A stretch of DNA of 58,310 nt from Candidatus Saccharimonadota bacterium (GTDB taxonomy: Bacteria; Patescibacteriota; Saccharimonadia; Saccharimonadales; UBA4665). Within the stretch, counting starts at the first letter, position 1, and each line of letters starts with the position of its first letter. Below are positions 1-9,713 of this stretch, one piece after another. Position numbers and translations under genes: made by a program. Location of the stretch: positions 1-58,310 of the forward strand of contig DAHWQR010000003.1 in NCBI GenBank assembly GCA_027340655.1. Direction: 5' to 3'. The notes beneath the pieces are model-generated. The model saw only the letters and a list, made by a program, of their open reading frames with translations. It was not told where the DNA came from and searched no databases.

Positions 1-1
1 T

Positions 2-151
2 GACCCTTTGACTTATTCAAGACAACTAGTACATTCAAGTATCGGTAGTTATAGATTTCGCATTGGTCATTATCGTATAGTTTTTGATATAGATGGCAAC
101 ACACTTCAGGTTATAAGCATTAAACACAGAAAAGATGTGTACAGAGGCTAA
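2..151 (+). CDS. relE: RelE/ParE-family toxin, C-terminal part (5' truncated by window edge)
   Basis: Not in the ORF track. Frame 2 reads DPLTYSRQLVHSSIGSYRFRIGHYRIVFDIDGNTLQVISIKHRKDVYRG*, with the RelE-type YRxRxGxYR and HRKDVY motifs. Confidence 0.85.
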   Translation, partial: DPLTYSRQLVHSSIGSYRFRIGHYRIVFDIDGNTLQVISIKHRKDVYRG

Positions 152-389
152 CTGCAAAACAATCACACATTCAGACTATTTAATGTGTTATTCCATCGAA
201 TAATTTCATTAGCTAAACTCTTATAAACCGACTGGTCTAGGGTCACCAAAAGGACATTACAGATAAGAAGTAGTTATAAATTTTTATAACGAAAAATAAC
301 TAAAATCTTTCATTTGTTAATTGATTCAATTCTGCTTAGCCAACTTTAATTCTGATACTAACAGCCTCTCAGTACTATAATCCAAGTTA

Positions 390-878
390 ATGACTGCGCG
401 TATAAACAGCAGAGGTTTTACGGTTGCTGAAATCCTAATAATTGTAGCTGTTTTAGTATTATTAGTGTCATTGGGCAGCTTTTTATATGTGCAACATCAT
501 AATAACAGCAGCAGTAGAAGCACAATAAAGAGTTATGCTGGCACAGGCTTAACAATTAAAAGAGATAACTCGCTTAATCAACCTGGCGTTGACAATTTCT
601 CGATAGCGGTAAGTTATTCATCTGCTGTTACTATCCTTAATGACATATATTCTCTAAAACTCTTACCAAAGGCCCCTTACGCCTACCAATGTCCTATTGA
701 CGACGGAGTTATATATACCTTTAATTTCGTAAATCCAACCTTAAATGCCATGGCATCAGCCACTGGCTGCCAGTTTGTAACGGTTAACAATAAATCGTAC
801 CAGTCCACTAACAAGTTTTGGAATGATGTAAGCAATGCAACTCATGAGCCCGTAGACCCTGACACGAATCTTCAATAA
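390..878 (+). CDS. Type IV pilin-like protein (prepilin N-terminal cleavage motif)
   Basis: Class III signal peptide NSRG|FTVAEILII (G-1, F+1, E+5) followed by a hydrophobic helix; two Cys in the C-terminal half. Confidence 0.75.
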   Translation: MTARINSRGFTVAEILIIVAVLVLLVSLGSFLYVQHHNNSSSRSTIKSYAGTGLTIKRDNSLNQPGVDNFSIAVSYSSAVTILNDIYSLKLLPKAPYAYQCPIDDGVIYTFNFVNPTLNAMASATGCQFVTVNNKSYQSTNKFWNDVSNATHEPVDPDTNLQ

Positions 879-972
879 TATGCTCTTAAAGCTTTATTCC
901 ACCCAATAATCTTACTGACAATTTCCTTATCGTTGGCTATTAGATGGTTCACCATTCTGCTTATGCCTAATG

Positions 973-1581
973 CTAAAGACCGCTCACATCTATATTGTGA
1001 CTTATGACAAATTCAGCTAGGTGCTGTTCAACGTCTCCTATGCTAACAGATTCTGGCCTAAGCATATAAACTGGATTCTTCTGTCTTGTAGGGTAATTAT
1101 AAGGTTCTGAATCGTATTCTAAATTAACAAAAGGGATATTATTTGTAATATGCCCTCGGGTACTAAAACTAGCTAATCCCCCATCTGTAATAAGTAAAAT
1201 ACAATCCGTTGAGCGATATTCTGGTGTACTGCTATCATTACCGAAAGATTCAGTCTTGTAAACGCAAGATATTATCCAACCAAGGTAATTCGTTGTTGAT
1301 TGTGTAATTCGCTTACTAGAACGAATACCTTCACCACTCAAGAAACTAATAATCGACACAGTCGGTTCATAATAATATTTTTCAACTTGAATTCTAGTTG
1401 TTTTAATATTTGCTTCCAAAGCTTTAGACGCAACATCCTTGCCTAGTAACCCCAATTCAGCAAATCTTGCAGCTCTTTCTTGTTTCAGTGCTTCTTGGTG
1501 GTCTTGAAGTCTCTTCTGATTTACTGCATCCACCTCTCTTTTAGCAATGATTTCGTGAACCCTATCACTAAACTCAGGCAT
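973..1581 (-). CDS. Hypothetical protein
   Basis: 202-aa ORF; TGG-TATAAT (1594-1589, minus strand) lies 7 nt before the ATG. Confidence 0.65.
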   Translation of the reverse strand: MPEFSDRVHEIIAKREVDAVNQKRLQDHQEALKQERAARFAELGLLGKDVASKALEANIKTTRIQVEKYYYEPTVSIISFLSGEGIRSSKRITQSTTNYLGWIISCVYKTESFGNDSSTPEYRSTDCILLITDGGLASFSTRGHITNNIPFVNLEYDSEPYNYPTRQKNPVYMLRPESVSIGDVEQHLAEFVISHNIDVSGL

Positions 1582-1935
1582 AAAACATATTATACCATTC
1601 GACTAACGTAAATACTAGACTCTTAAAAACTAGTGTATGAGTTCTATAACTAGGTGGGAGGTTTGTTGCATCTGGATTGCTCTTTGATAACTCATACCAC
1701 TGATTAATCTCCTCAAGGATATAGTTCCAATTCGATAATAGGTGGTTCACCATAGGAAAGTTTTTCAATCTTGGTAAATTCCTGTATCTATACATAGTTA
1801 GTTATTGAACGCCTAAAAATAACTATCTAATCAGTCAGTTTATAGTTTGCATCGTGTTCATTTGTAATATTCGTTATAACCTAATTTAGGTAGACAGAGC
1901 CGGCAATACAACAGTGTCTATGCAATAATTATCGT

Positions 1936-3087
1936 ATGTCATGGTTAGAAGACGCAGTATTTTATCAAATATTCATTGATAGATTTGCAGGTTTTAAAAC
2001 AACCGATAATTGGGAGAAGCCTGATTATCTAGGGGGTAACATCAAAGGCATTATTAGTAAGCTCGACTACATAAATGACTTGGGCGCTAATGCAATTTTG
2101 ATTACACCATTTAACAAAGGTATTGCTTACCATGGATATCACATAACAGATTTCTATGGAGTTGATGAACATTTTGGTACAGAAGCAGATCTAAAGTACT
2201 TAATTAAAGAAGCACACGATAAAGGCATTAGAATAGTTTTTGATTTTGTACCCAATCACTGCTCCAATAAGCACCCATATTTTCTTGATGCCATAAACGA
2301 TAAGAATAGTAAATATAGGGATTGGTTTATTTTTGAATCTTGGCCTAATGATTATCAATGCTTTAGTAGATATAAAGAGCTACCAAAACTTAATCTAGGC
2401 AATAAAGAAGTTAGACAACATTTATTGGGCTCTGCGCGTAAATGGTTAGGTATTGGATTTGATGGAGTTAGAATTGACCATATTGTGGGAATTTCGAATG
2501 ATAATATCAAAGCGGTAATAAAACCCCTAAGAGAGGAATTTCCTGAAGCAGTATTTATAGGTGAAGCTTGGATAACTAGAAACGTAAAACTGCGGGAGAT
2601 GAAATTACTCCATACTCCATATAAATATTTAATATGGCTATTCCAGTGGAATAATCGTTTATATAAGAATTACGCTGGAATTTTAGATGGAATCTTAGAC
2701 TTTGAGACAGCTCAACTTTTGGAAAGATATGCAACTTCTGGCAGCGGAAAGTATAAAAGTCAAATAGTGAAAAAGATTGTTAGGCACAGAAATGTAATCA
2801 GCCACATAACCTTTTTAGATAATCATGATATGGAGAGGTTTTTATATCGTTGTGGTGACGACATTAATAAATTAAAGAAAGTGGCTACTCTTCAATTCTT
2901 GCTTCAAGCAATCCCTATGATTTACTACGGCACGGAGATTGGCATGTCCCAGACGAAGCCATTCTCGCCACTAAATAGTTATAGTGATATCCTCGCCAGA
3001 GAACCAATGTGGTGGGAGAAACCTAAACAAAACAGTAAATTATTAGACTTTTATAAAAACCTGATTAAGAAAAGGAGTTCTAAGTAG
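1936..3087 (+). CDS. GH13 alpha-amylase family glycosidase (neopullulanase/cyclomaltodextrinase-like catalytic domain)
   Basis: FYQIFIDRF, YHGY, DFVPNH, GFDGVRID (nucleophile), IGEAW (acid/base), FLDNHD and PMIYYGTEIGM motifs. Confidence 0.92.
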   Translation: MSWLEDAVFYQIFIDRFAGFKTTDNWEKPDYLGGNIKGIISKLDYINDLGANAILITPFNKGIAYHGYHITDFYGVDEHFGTEADLKYLIKEAHDKGIRIVFDFVPNHCSNKHPYFLDAINDKNSKYRDWFIFESWPNDYQCFSRYKELPKLNLGNKEVRQHLLGSARKWLGIGFDGVRIDHIVGISNDNIKAVIKPLREEFPEAVFIGEAWITRNVKLREMKLLHTPYKYLIWLFQWNNRLYKNYAGILDGILDFETAQLLERYATSGSGKYKSQIVKKIVRHRNVISHITFLDNHDMERFLYRCGDDINKLKKVATLQFLLQAIPMIYYGTEIGMSQTKPFSPLNSYSDILAREPMWWEKPKQNSKLLDFYKNLIKKRSSK

Positions 3088-3183
3088 GCTATTCCACTGA
3101 ATAATTTTACCTACTATTTCTTATAGATCGTACCCCTTAGAGTCACCCTCTCTATACGTTCGTCATTTGTTAAACTAAAAAGC

Positions 3184-3627
3184 ATGAAGTTAGATCAAAC
3201 AACGAAAATGGCTATACGGCATACCGTCCATTGCCTCATCGGTTGTGGCGTTGGTGAAATCGTCGGGATGATATTAGCCTCGACTCTTGGATGGCATAGA
3301 CTCGGCCGGCTACCGCTGGCTATATTATTTGCGTTTATTTTCGGTTACTCATTAACTTATCGTGGCGTACGTAAGCACGCAAGCTCCGCAAAAGAAGCTT
3401 TTAAAATAACTGCCGCAACAGATACGGTTTCAATTACTGTTATGGAGATAGTTGACAACATTATAGAGTTCATCATACCTAACGCTTTGTTAGTTACTGC
3501 CGATCAACCAAGATTTTGGTGGGGGTTAGCGCTGTCGTTAACAACAGCATTTATTATTACTGTGCCCGTAAATAGATACATGATAAATAAAAACCCCCAC
3601 CAACACATGCAGATGCACATGGATTGA
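3184..3627 (+). CDS. DUF4396-like membrane protein
   Basis: TVHCLIGCGVGEIVGM, DTVSITVMEIVDN, FWWGL and PVNRYMI motifs; 4 hydrophobic segments; His-rich tail. Confidence 0.8.
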   Translation: MKLDQTTKMAIRHTVHCLIGCGVGEIVGMILASTLGWHRLGRLPLAILFAFIFGYSLTYRGVRKHASSAKEAFKITAATDTVSITVMEIVDNIIEFIIPNALLVTADQPRFWWGLALSLTTAFIITVPVNRYMINKNPHQHMQMHMD

Positions 3628-3801
3628 ACGCTTCATATTGAACATTCAATTAATGGTCTAGCCTAAAGTCTTGGCGGACAAAGCTTATTTCATGAGCAAC
3701 TGGCTTTTGGAGTTCCTCGTCCCTGTTATTAGATATGCTAGTCAAGCACCGAGACTTCTTCTCAAAGGCCCAATTCTCACTCCTTAACCTAAGGGGGTCA
3801 G

Positions 3802-4398
3802 TTAGAGCAATTGGAAAGCCACTTTGCCTAATATAATCACTAGTCCGATACCGATGCCACCGGCCAGCAGGCCGATTAAACTTAGCAGGGCATCCTCGAA
3901 AATTAAGGCTAGTGCGATCAAGACCACTCCTAAGGAGGGTAGAGTGTCCAGTCCTGAAAAGGGGGGCGCTAAAAAGGCAAAAATGCTAAACAGTAGAACC
4001 ACTAAGCCGGTAATTCTTCCACCTAGTTTGCTGCTTTGAAGTTTAGCCAATCTAGGCTTTGTGTGCTTTTCAATAAACTTAGTTAGGCTAATCAGTTTTG
4101 GCAGCGCGGAAGTGCGCAGACTCGCGGGCAGCTCTTTGTTTAGCCAACTCTTTGGGAGCCAAACGGTATCTTTTCCGGCCACTAACTCAATCGAGAGTAG
4201 CATAACGATAAGTTCGAAAATGTGCGTTACACCTCCCGTTGGCAGCGGCATGGCAGGGAATATCATAAGCAACAAGAACAAAACGGCAAAACCCTTCTCC
4301 TTGAAGGCTTCAATCAAATCACCGAGAGTCTTTGGCTTCCTAGAAGATAGCCACTCGGAGAGCACCTGTCTAAGCTTGCTGCTTTCTACTACCGCCAT
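3802..4398 (-). CDS. exoD: ExoD-family exopolysaccharide synthesis membrane protein
   Basis: TLGDLIEAF..KGFAVLFLLLMIFPAMPLP, VWLP and PF..LDTLP motifs. Start moved to ATG 4398 (MAVVES), which has a TATAGT just upstream. Confidence 0.8.
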   Translation of the reverse strand: MAVVESSKLRQVLSEWLSSRKPKTLGDLIEAFKEKGFAVLFLLLMIFPAMPLPTGGVTHIFELIVMLLSIELVAGKDTVWLPKSWLNKELPASLRTSALPKLISLTKFIEKHTKPRLAKLQSSKLGGRITGLVVLLFSIFAFLAPPFSGLDTLPSLGVVLIALALIFEDALLSLIGLLAGGIGIGLVIILGKVAFQLL

Positions 4399-4543
4399 AC
4401 TAAGTAAAACTATACAATTCGGGTTGCAGATAAGAAATATCACTTTTCTTTACCCGTCCAAGATCCAATTAGGGTTATGGATAGTTTAAATAGCAACCGG
4501 ACTTTCTAGCGTGCAAGTATCTCGATTTTGCTATACTGCCTGT

Positions 4544-5398
4544 ATGGTAAAAGCATCACGCCTGGCGGTATTTGATGTAGACGGCACGATTGCAGATAAG
4601 GGAACCATACCGCCCAGTGTCATTGAAGGCATAAAACATCTTCGCTCAGTGGGTTATATGAGTACGGTTTCTACAGGACGCGGATATATACGCTTAAAAG
4701 AAATGTTAGGCGATGCCTTCAAAGATATTGTTTCCGAGGAAGCTCTATTAATAATTGAGCATGGCACTAAAATAGTAGATTTCAATGGCAAAGTTGTCTT
4801 CGGTGAGTTTTTCAGCGAAAGGGAACTTGATCATGTCATTGACTTTACTAGGGCAAACATTGACCTGTACAAACTAGTTTGGTTCAATCCCGTTGACCTG
4901 AACCAAAAAGTGCAGGTGTGGTGCATTAATCAAGAAGATATAGCTGAAGAAATCCAAAAACGCGGGCACTATGCCGATGTATTTTATTGCTCTATCGGTG
5001 AATTCGAAGACATCCTGCTAAAGCAGCGGGTCACAAACGTCACCCTAAAGCTAAAAGATTATGTTAAAGTAGAAAACCTTAAATTGTCGTTTACTCGAAC
5101 CGATACAAACGTTATATTTCAAGACGGTAATATGGAGTTTGTTAAAAACAACATCAATAAAGGTCTGGCTGTTGAATATGTGGCTAACCAGCTTGCTATT
5201 GAACCTGAGAATATATTAGTTGCAGGAAATGCAATTAACGATATCGAAATGCTAGATATTGATTCCGGATTAACGCTATTAGTAAGTATCGAGCCTATTC
5301 GTTCGGAAATATTGTCGTATTTGTCCAATCCGAAAAAGATTGTAAATGTCGACTCGCCTCACGAACTTGGCGAATATTTAAAAGCGAAAATTACTTAA
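4544..5398 (+). CDS. Cof-type HAD hydrolase
   Basis: FDVDGT, STGR, NKG and GNAINDIEML motifs. ATG 4544 lies 6 nt after TG-C-TATACT. Confidence 0.85.
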   Translation: MVKASRLAVFDVDGTIADKGTIPPSVIEGIKHLRSVGYMSTVSTGRGYIRLKEMLGDAFKDIVSEEALLIIEHGTKIVDFNGKVVFGEFFSERELDHVIDFTRANIDLYKLVWFNPVDLNQKVQVWCINQEDIAEEIQKRGHYADVFYCSIGEFEDILLKQRVTNVTLKLKDYVKVENLKLSFTRTDTNVIFQDGNMEFVKNNINKGLAVEYVANQLAIEPENILVAGNAINDIEMLDIDSGLTLLVSIEPIRSEILSYLSNPKKIVNVDSPHELGEYLKAKIT

Positions 5399-5517
5399 AT
5401 CCTGAAGAATTCCGCGCTGCATTAAACATAGCTCTTCCAAGAGCTGAAGTCTCTTTGGTATAGCTAGTAAGTGCAGTACCTAGACTTTTATATACGTTAT
5501 GCTTATGATTAATACAT

Positions 5518-7169
5518 ATGGCGCAACAAGAAGGGTTTCCATCTGATTCTCAAGAATTGGCTGCCGCAGAGGCTGTTATAAACCCGGACGGCACTCTAAA
5601 TGAAGATTTTTTAAGAAATCAGTATGGGTTAGAAGCCGAGGATGCGATGCAAACGGTAAGCTTCGGCAGGTTCAACGGGACGGTAGCCCAGATGCTTAGC
5701 GACGAAAGATGTCCTGTAGGGGACATGGTGAGGAATGCTTATCACGAAAAAGGCTTAGCTGGAGTTGAGGAAACATTTCAGAAGTTTAGCATGGTAGATC
5801 GTGCATTTGAGCCAAAGATTAGCGAGACAACCCGCGAAATCCAAAAAAAAAATTAGATAATCCCAAAACTTCAGAGATTCCGGCTACAAATATATCCGAA
5901 AAAAACCCTAAAGAAAGAACTGAAGCGCCTAAAAAAAACAATGATAATGATAAAGAAAAACCTGAACCGCCAGTTGCTGCTAAGGGAGAAAATACCCGGC
6001 AATCCAACGAAGCCTTACAACTTGTTGAAATAGCAGTTTTGCAGGAGACTGTTCTACCAAAGAGTAATGAAGTAAAGTTACATGATACTAATGTTCCAAA
6101 GAAGCATAACTCGACCGTCCAAAACGATAAGAGCGCTCTTAAAGCCGCAAGTGTAATAAATAAAAGACAGCAACCAAAAGCTAAGCTAGCAACACCTTTA
6201 AGACCCCTAACTTCTGTCGATCACATTGCCAATGTCGGTCAAGTAAAAAGTGAAACCAAGCCCGCGCCTAACCCGCCCCAACTCGCTTCAAGCGCCGAGA
6301 ATATACATGACAGCCTCGATGCTGCCCCAAAAGCCATCGCTTTAATTAACTCGCTGACAACGGACCAGGAACAAATCGACGGGCCACTATTAGCCGGTAG
6401 TTTAGATTTAGACTTTCAGCTAGAGGATCTAGACATCCCAGGCCTTAGCTTTGATGAAGAAACGCTTCCTATGGAAAACTATTCTGAAGTTGATGTTTTA
6501 ACAGAAGACGTGTCCGAGATTGACGTCTCTATAGTCGAAAAGAAAGATTTAATGCAGGCCGAAACTGAATATATGGGCGAGCTACTGGTTAATTTGATCG
6601 CAAATTTTGCCGAAACTAGCCCGTTTGATGAGCAATTTGATATGATGCCTGATCAATTTGCTGATGAAATGAGCATTGATTCAGAACCGGACGACACAGT
6701 GGAGCGCGAAACAAGGTTGCAAGACATTATCGAGGAAGAACTCGGTCCTTACCTAAGCTCTATGGAACCAGAACGTATCGAGGTCGTTAAAAGAAGTGTA
6801 ATTGAGCTCGGGGCAATGTTAAGAATAGGCAATCTCAAGATCGAGAATTTACTAAGTTTTGAGAAGGGAGAAGTTGAGCAGAGGCTGGAAATGCTCTGCA
6901 TTCAGTTATTTTATGTGCTAGGTCTAAACTCTGACGCTTCTACTATCGAGAAATTTATGCGCAATATTATTGTCGCGAATCAAGGCGCTAACTTTATTGA
7001 ATCTGACGCATTGTCCATCGATCGCATCAACAGTCTCGGCACGCATGAGCATAAACTGCCGATTAACCTTCACTTGATTACTGGTCTGACTAAACTGATT
7101 AAACGACAGATGAACTCTCACCTGATTTTGGGCCGTTACGCTATCTTAGGTTTACAATCCAGTGCTTGA
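5518..7169 (+). pseudogene. Acidic low-complexity hypothetical protein split by a -1 frameshift at an A10 tract (slippage-regulated gene, pseudogene or sequencing error)
   Basis: ORF 5518-5856 stops just after A10 (5843-5852). The -1 frame is open from the tract (KLDNPKTSEIP...) into ORF 6039-7169. One extra A gives a single 550-aa ORF. Confidence 0.7.
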
Positions 7170-7292
7170 GCCAATGAATATAGCCTGACTTAATCTCTAA
7201 TAAAGCGAAAATAGATTCCTTGGTCTGAAGCCTTGTATAATAGCAAGAGCAGTCCTTTTATAAAATTAAAGCAAGGAATCTTAATAAAATAA

Positions 7293-7781
7293 ATGAACGA
7301 TATAATCATCTTCTGCGCCGCTTACTTGTACTTATTTGTAATCTTAGGCCTGGCTATCGCTTGGCTAAAAACAAACCGAGAAGTAAAACTCCAATTTATT
7401 TGGGCCACTATTGCCGCCGGGGCAATTGCCTTTATCCTATCGCGTATTGCTTCAAAGCTTTATTACGATCCCCGACCGTTTGTAACCGAACACGTTAAAC
7501 CGCTTATCGCGCATGCCGCAGATAACGGCTTTCCCTCAGACCATGCATTGCTAACTTCTACGCTGACGGCAATCACCTATTTCTATCACAAAAAAGCAGC
7601 TATTGTTATGGCCGTACTTAGCGTTTTGATTGGGGTGGCCAGGGTGCTAGCTAAAGTCCATTCTCCACTGGATATTGGAGCTGGATGGGTGTTTGGAATA
7701 GTCGGAGCCATTGCCGGTTATTATCTAGTCAGATACCTAATGAATAAGCCGCGCGCCAAAGCTAAGCAAACTAGCGTTTAA
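7293..7781 (+). CDS. PAP2-family phosphatase (BcrC-like undecaprenyl-diphosphatase)
   Basis: RP, FPSDH and ARV..KVHSPLD motifs; multiple TM helices. Confidence 0.88.
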   Translation: MNDIIIFCAAYLYLFVILGLAIAWLKTNREVKLQFIWATIAAGAIAFILSRIASKLYYDPRPFVTEHVKPLIAHAADNGFPSDHALLTSTLTAITYFYHKKAAIVMAVLSVLIGVARVLAKVHSPLDIGAGWVFGIVGAIAGYYLVRYLMNKPRAKAKQTSV

Positions 7782-7853
7782 TTGCTGCGCAGGCTTCAAG
7801 CTAAACTTACGCAACCCTGTCCAATGGTGCCTAGCGAGTATTTCCCGGCTCGC

Positions 7854-8687
7854 TTAGTACTCTCCGCTAGAACGTAAGCTAATCATTATTGTGCCCGCCA
7901 AAGCTAGAGTTACCCCGGCAATAACCAAGCCCCATTGTCCTTGTCGCGGCCTGTCCCCCAGCAATGCAATGCCAATAGCAATCGGTACCAGGGTTTCGAA
8001 GGCTACCATAGTAGCATTAATTACACTTGCGTGATGTCTCTGCAGAGCTACGGTAAAGGTTAGAATGCCAACTAGACCGTAAGCGAACAGGGACCATAAC
8101 AAGGGGCTATAAAGAACCTGCCAGTAGGGGTGCGTAATTATCAGCATCCGACCGGTGATGGCTGTGCCGCCAAAGGCTAAGCCGCTAATAGCAGCTAAAA
8201 CTGCCGCCGAAGAATAGACTTTAGTTTTAATGGATATTGATGCCAGAAGCGCCAAAAGCAGCGGGAAGAACACAATAATCCACTTCGCGACTTGACCGAC
8301 GGCTTGAGCTTTCTCGGGCTGAGCCGTGAGGCTGAGCATGATTAAGCCAAAGAAGATAATTCCCATAGCGACTAAAGAGCGGGCACTTAATGCGCGGCGC
8401 AGAATAAACTTATCTATTAGTGCCGTGACTACTACGCTAAAGGCCACTATCGGCTGGACTACGAAGAGCGGCAATTCGTGCACCGCGACTAAAGTCAGCG
8501 GCCAGGCTATGACGTCGAGCAGAAGACCAAGGAGATATGGCCAGTCACGCACTAACCGGGTTAAAATGCTCAGTCTTAGAGCGCTTACCCGAGCATGTTT
8601 GTCGGCGCTGTTTTTCTCCAGCTCGGCAGCAATCCCGTTAGATAGAGCCACTCCGGCTGCGGCTAGTAAGGCAAGTCTGAATATCAT
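7854..8687 (-). CDS. DMT-superfamily membrane transporter-like protein
   Basis: About 9 hydrophobic segments; LPLFVVQP motif; TGC-TAAAGT 7 nt before the ATG. Confidence 0.7.
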   Translation of the reverse strand: MIFRLALLAAAGVALSNGIAAELEKNSADKHARVSALRLSILTRLVRDWPYLLGLLLDVIAWPLTLVAVHELPLFVVQPIVAFSVVVTALIDKFILRRALSARSLVAMGIIFFGLIMLSLTAQPEKAQAVGQVAKWIIVFFPLLLALLASISIKTKVYSSAAVLAAISGLAFGGTAITGRMLIITHPYWQVLYSPLLWSLFAYGLVGILTFTVALQRHHASVINATMVAFETLVPIAIGIALLGDRPRQGQWGLVIAGVTLALAGTIMISLRSSGEY

Positions 8688-8810
8688 AGCTGTAACTTTA
8701 GCAGAGTAGTGACGCGAGTTTTAGGTTTTGGAGTTTGGTGTAAGCTAAATCATAGGAGATTATCAGGAAACTGAGTAATATTATGAATAAATAAGGAAGG
8801 AAGATTAAAT

Positions 8811-9065
8811 ATGTATTACAACTACGGTCCAGGCCCGATGGGCGCTCACAATTGGGGTATAGGAGCTTTAATGGGTGTGTTTTTCTTAATTTTCATTGTG
8901 ATTGTCGCTCTTATAGTAATCTGGTTGCTAAATCATCACGATGTTAGCTCCCGAGGAACGTCTATCGAAGGTAGCGCTGATCCGTTAAACATCGTTAAAC
9001 AGCGTTACGCAAAAGGCGAAATCAAAAAAGAAGAGTACCAGCAGCTGCTTAAAGACCTAAAGTAA
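8811..9065 (+). CDS. SHOCT-domain membrane protein
   Basis: One TM helix followed by DPLNIVKQRYAKGEIKKEEYQQLLKDL. Confidence 0.85.
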   Translation: MYYNYGPGPMGAHNWGIGALMGVFFLIFIVIVALIVIWLLNHHDVSSRGTSIEGSADPLNIVKQRYAKGEIKKEEYQQLLKDLK

Positions 9066-9096
9066 CCTCCATTAATCAGGTGCGCTAGTTACAAGT

Positions 9097-9127
9097 TTTC
9101 TAGGCGTTTGTTTACTTATCCTAGAAA
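9097..9127. repeat. 8-bp inverted repeat (terminator-like or operator)
   Basis: TTTCTAGG (9097-9104) and CCTAGAAA (9120-9127), downstream of the SHOCT gene. Confidence 0.4.
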
Positions 9128-9225
9128 GTTCAGAGATATTTAATGCCCCTCGTCTAGTCGGGCCAGCTATTTATTTGCTAAAGCTTATTTCGGATTCTTC
9201 TAAAGATAAATTCCAACTGTCTATA

Positions 9226-9344
9226 GTTCTGGTGGTGGCCAAAAAAAGTCAACCCCTAGAACCAGATGACTTAACAATCGTAGCGAATTGGTTGCATCGC
9301 CCGAGCTGTCATAAATATAATCCCTTCGAATTGACGGAGGGGAT
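9226..9344 (+). promoter_or_regulatory. Candidate structured leader of the T4SS cluster
   Basis: Three consecutive hairpins (9226-9262, 9266-9312, 9320-9344); the last one pairs with the GGAGG SD of virB2. Confidence 0.35.
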
Positions 9345-9350
9345 AAGAAA

Positions 9351-9713
9351 ATGTCAAAGAGAGTTAAGCAGGCCGCGGTTCTTAGCTGTTGGCTGATTGC
9401 GCCATTGCTTGCGTTAATAATAGCTCCGCCGGGGAATGCTCTGGCGGCTAATGCTCAGATGGGCCAGGTGGATAATTTTATCCGTAGCGTTATTACGGCG
9501 GTAACCGGCATTGCCGGATTAGTCGCCACCGGCTTCTTTGTTTTAGGCGGATTCAAGTACATAACCAGTTCGGGCAATCCGCATAACTTAGAACATGCTA
9601 AGCGAACGATTGTTTTCTCAGCCCTCGGTCTGGCTATCGCAATCGCGGCATTTGTACTTAGTGGAATCGTCACCAGTCTAGCGAGTTCGGCTTTCGGTAG
9701 CATCAGACTATGA
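9351..9713 (+). CDS. VirB2/TrbC-like T4SS pilin
   Basis: Signal-like N-terminus, then two TM helices around GGFKYITSSGNP..LEHAKRTI; first gene of the cluster. Confidence 0.8.
   Translation: MSKRVKQAAVLSCWLIAPLLALIIAPPGNALAANAQMGQVDNFIRSVITAVTGIAGLVATGFFVLGGFKYITSSGNPHNLEHAKRTIVFSALGLAIAIAAFVLSGIVTSLASSAFGSIRL

Noticed and set aside
273..290. Near-palindrome GTTATAAATTTTTATAAC
   Set aside because: Very AT-rich context makes a chance occurrence likely, and no second copy was seen.
1574..1795. 73-aa minus-strand ORF, faintly like the start of an Asp/Asn beta-hydroxylase domain (FP....L..NW..I.EE)
   Set aside because: The similarity is too short, and the ORF runs through the promoter of the next gene; at best a fragment.
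9226..9344. Known riboswitch classes (c-di-GMP-I/II, c-di-AMP, fluoride, ZTP, preQ1) in the T4SS leader
   Set aside because: Their consensus cores could not be matched by eye on either strand; kept only as an unclassified candidate.
9175..9396. 73-aa ORF overlapping the T4SS leader
   Set aside because: TTG start, no SD, overlaps the pilin gene out of frame, and has no recognisable features.
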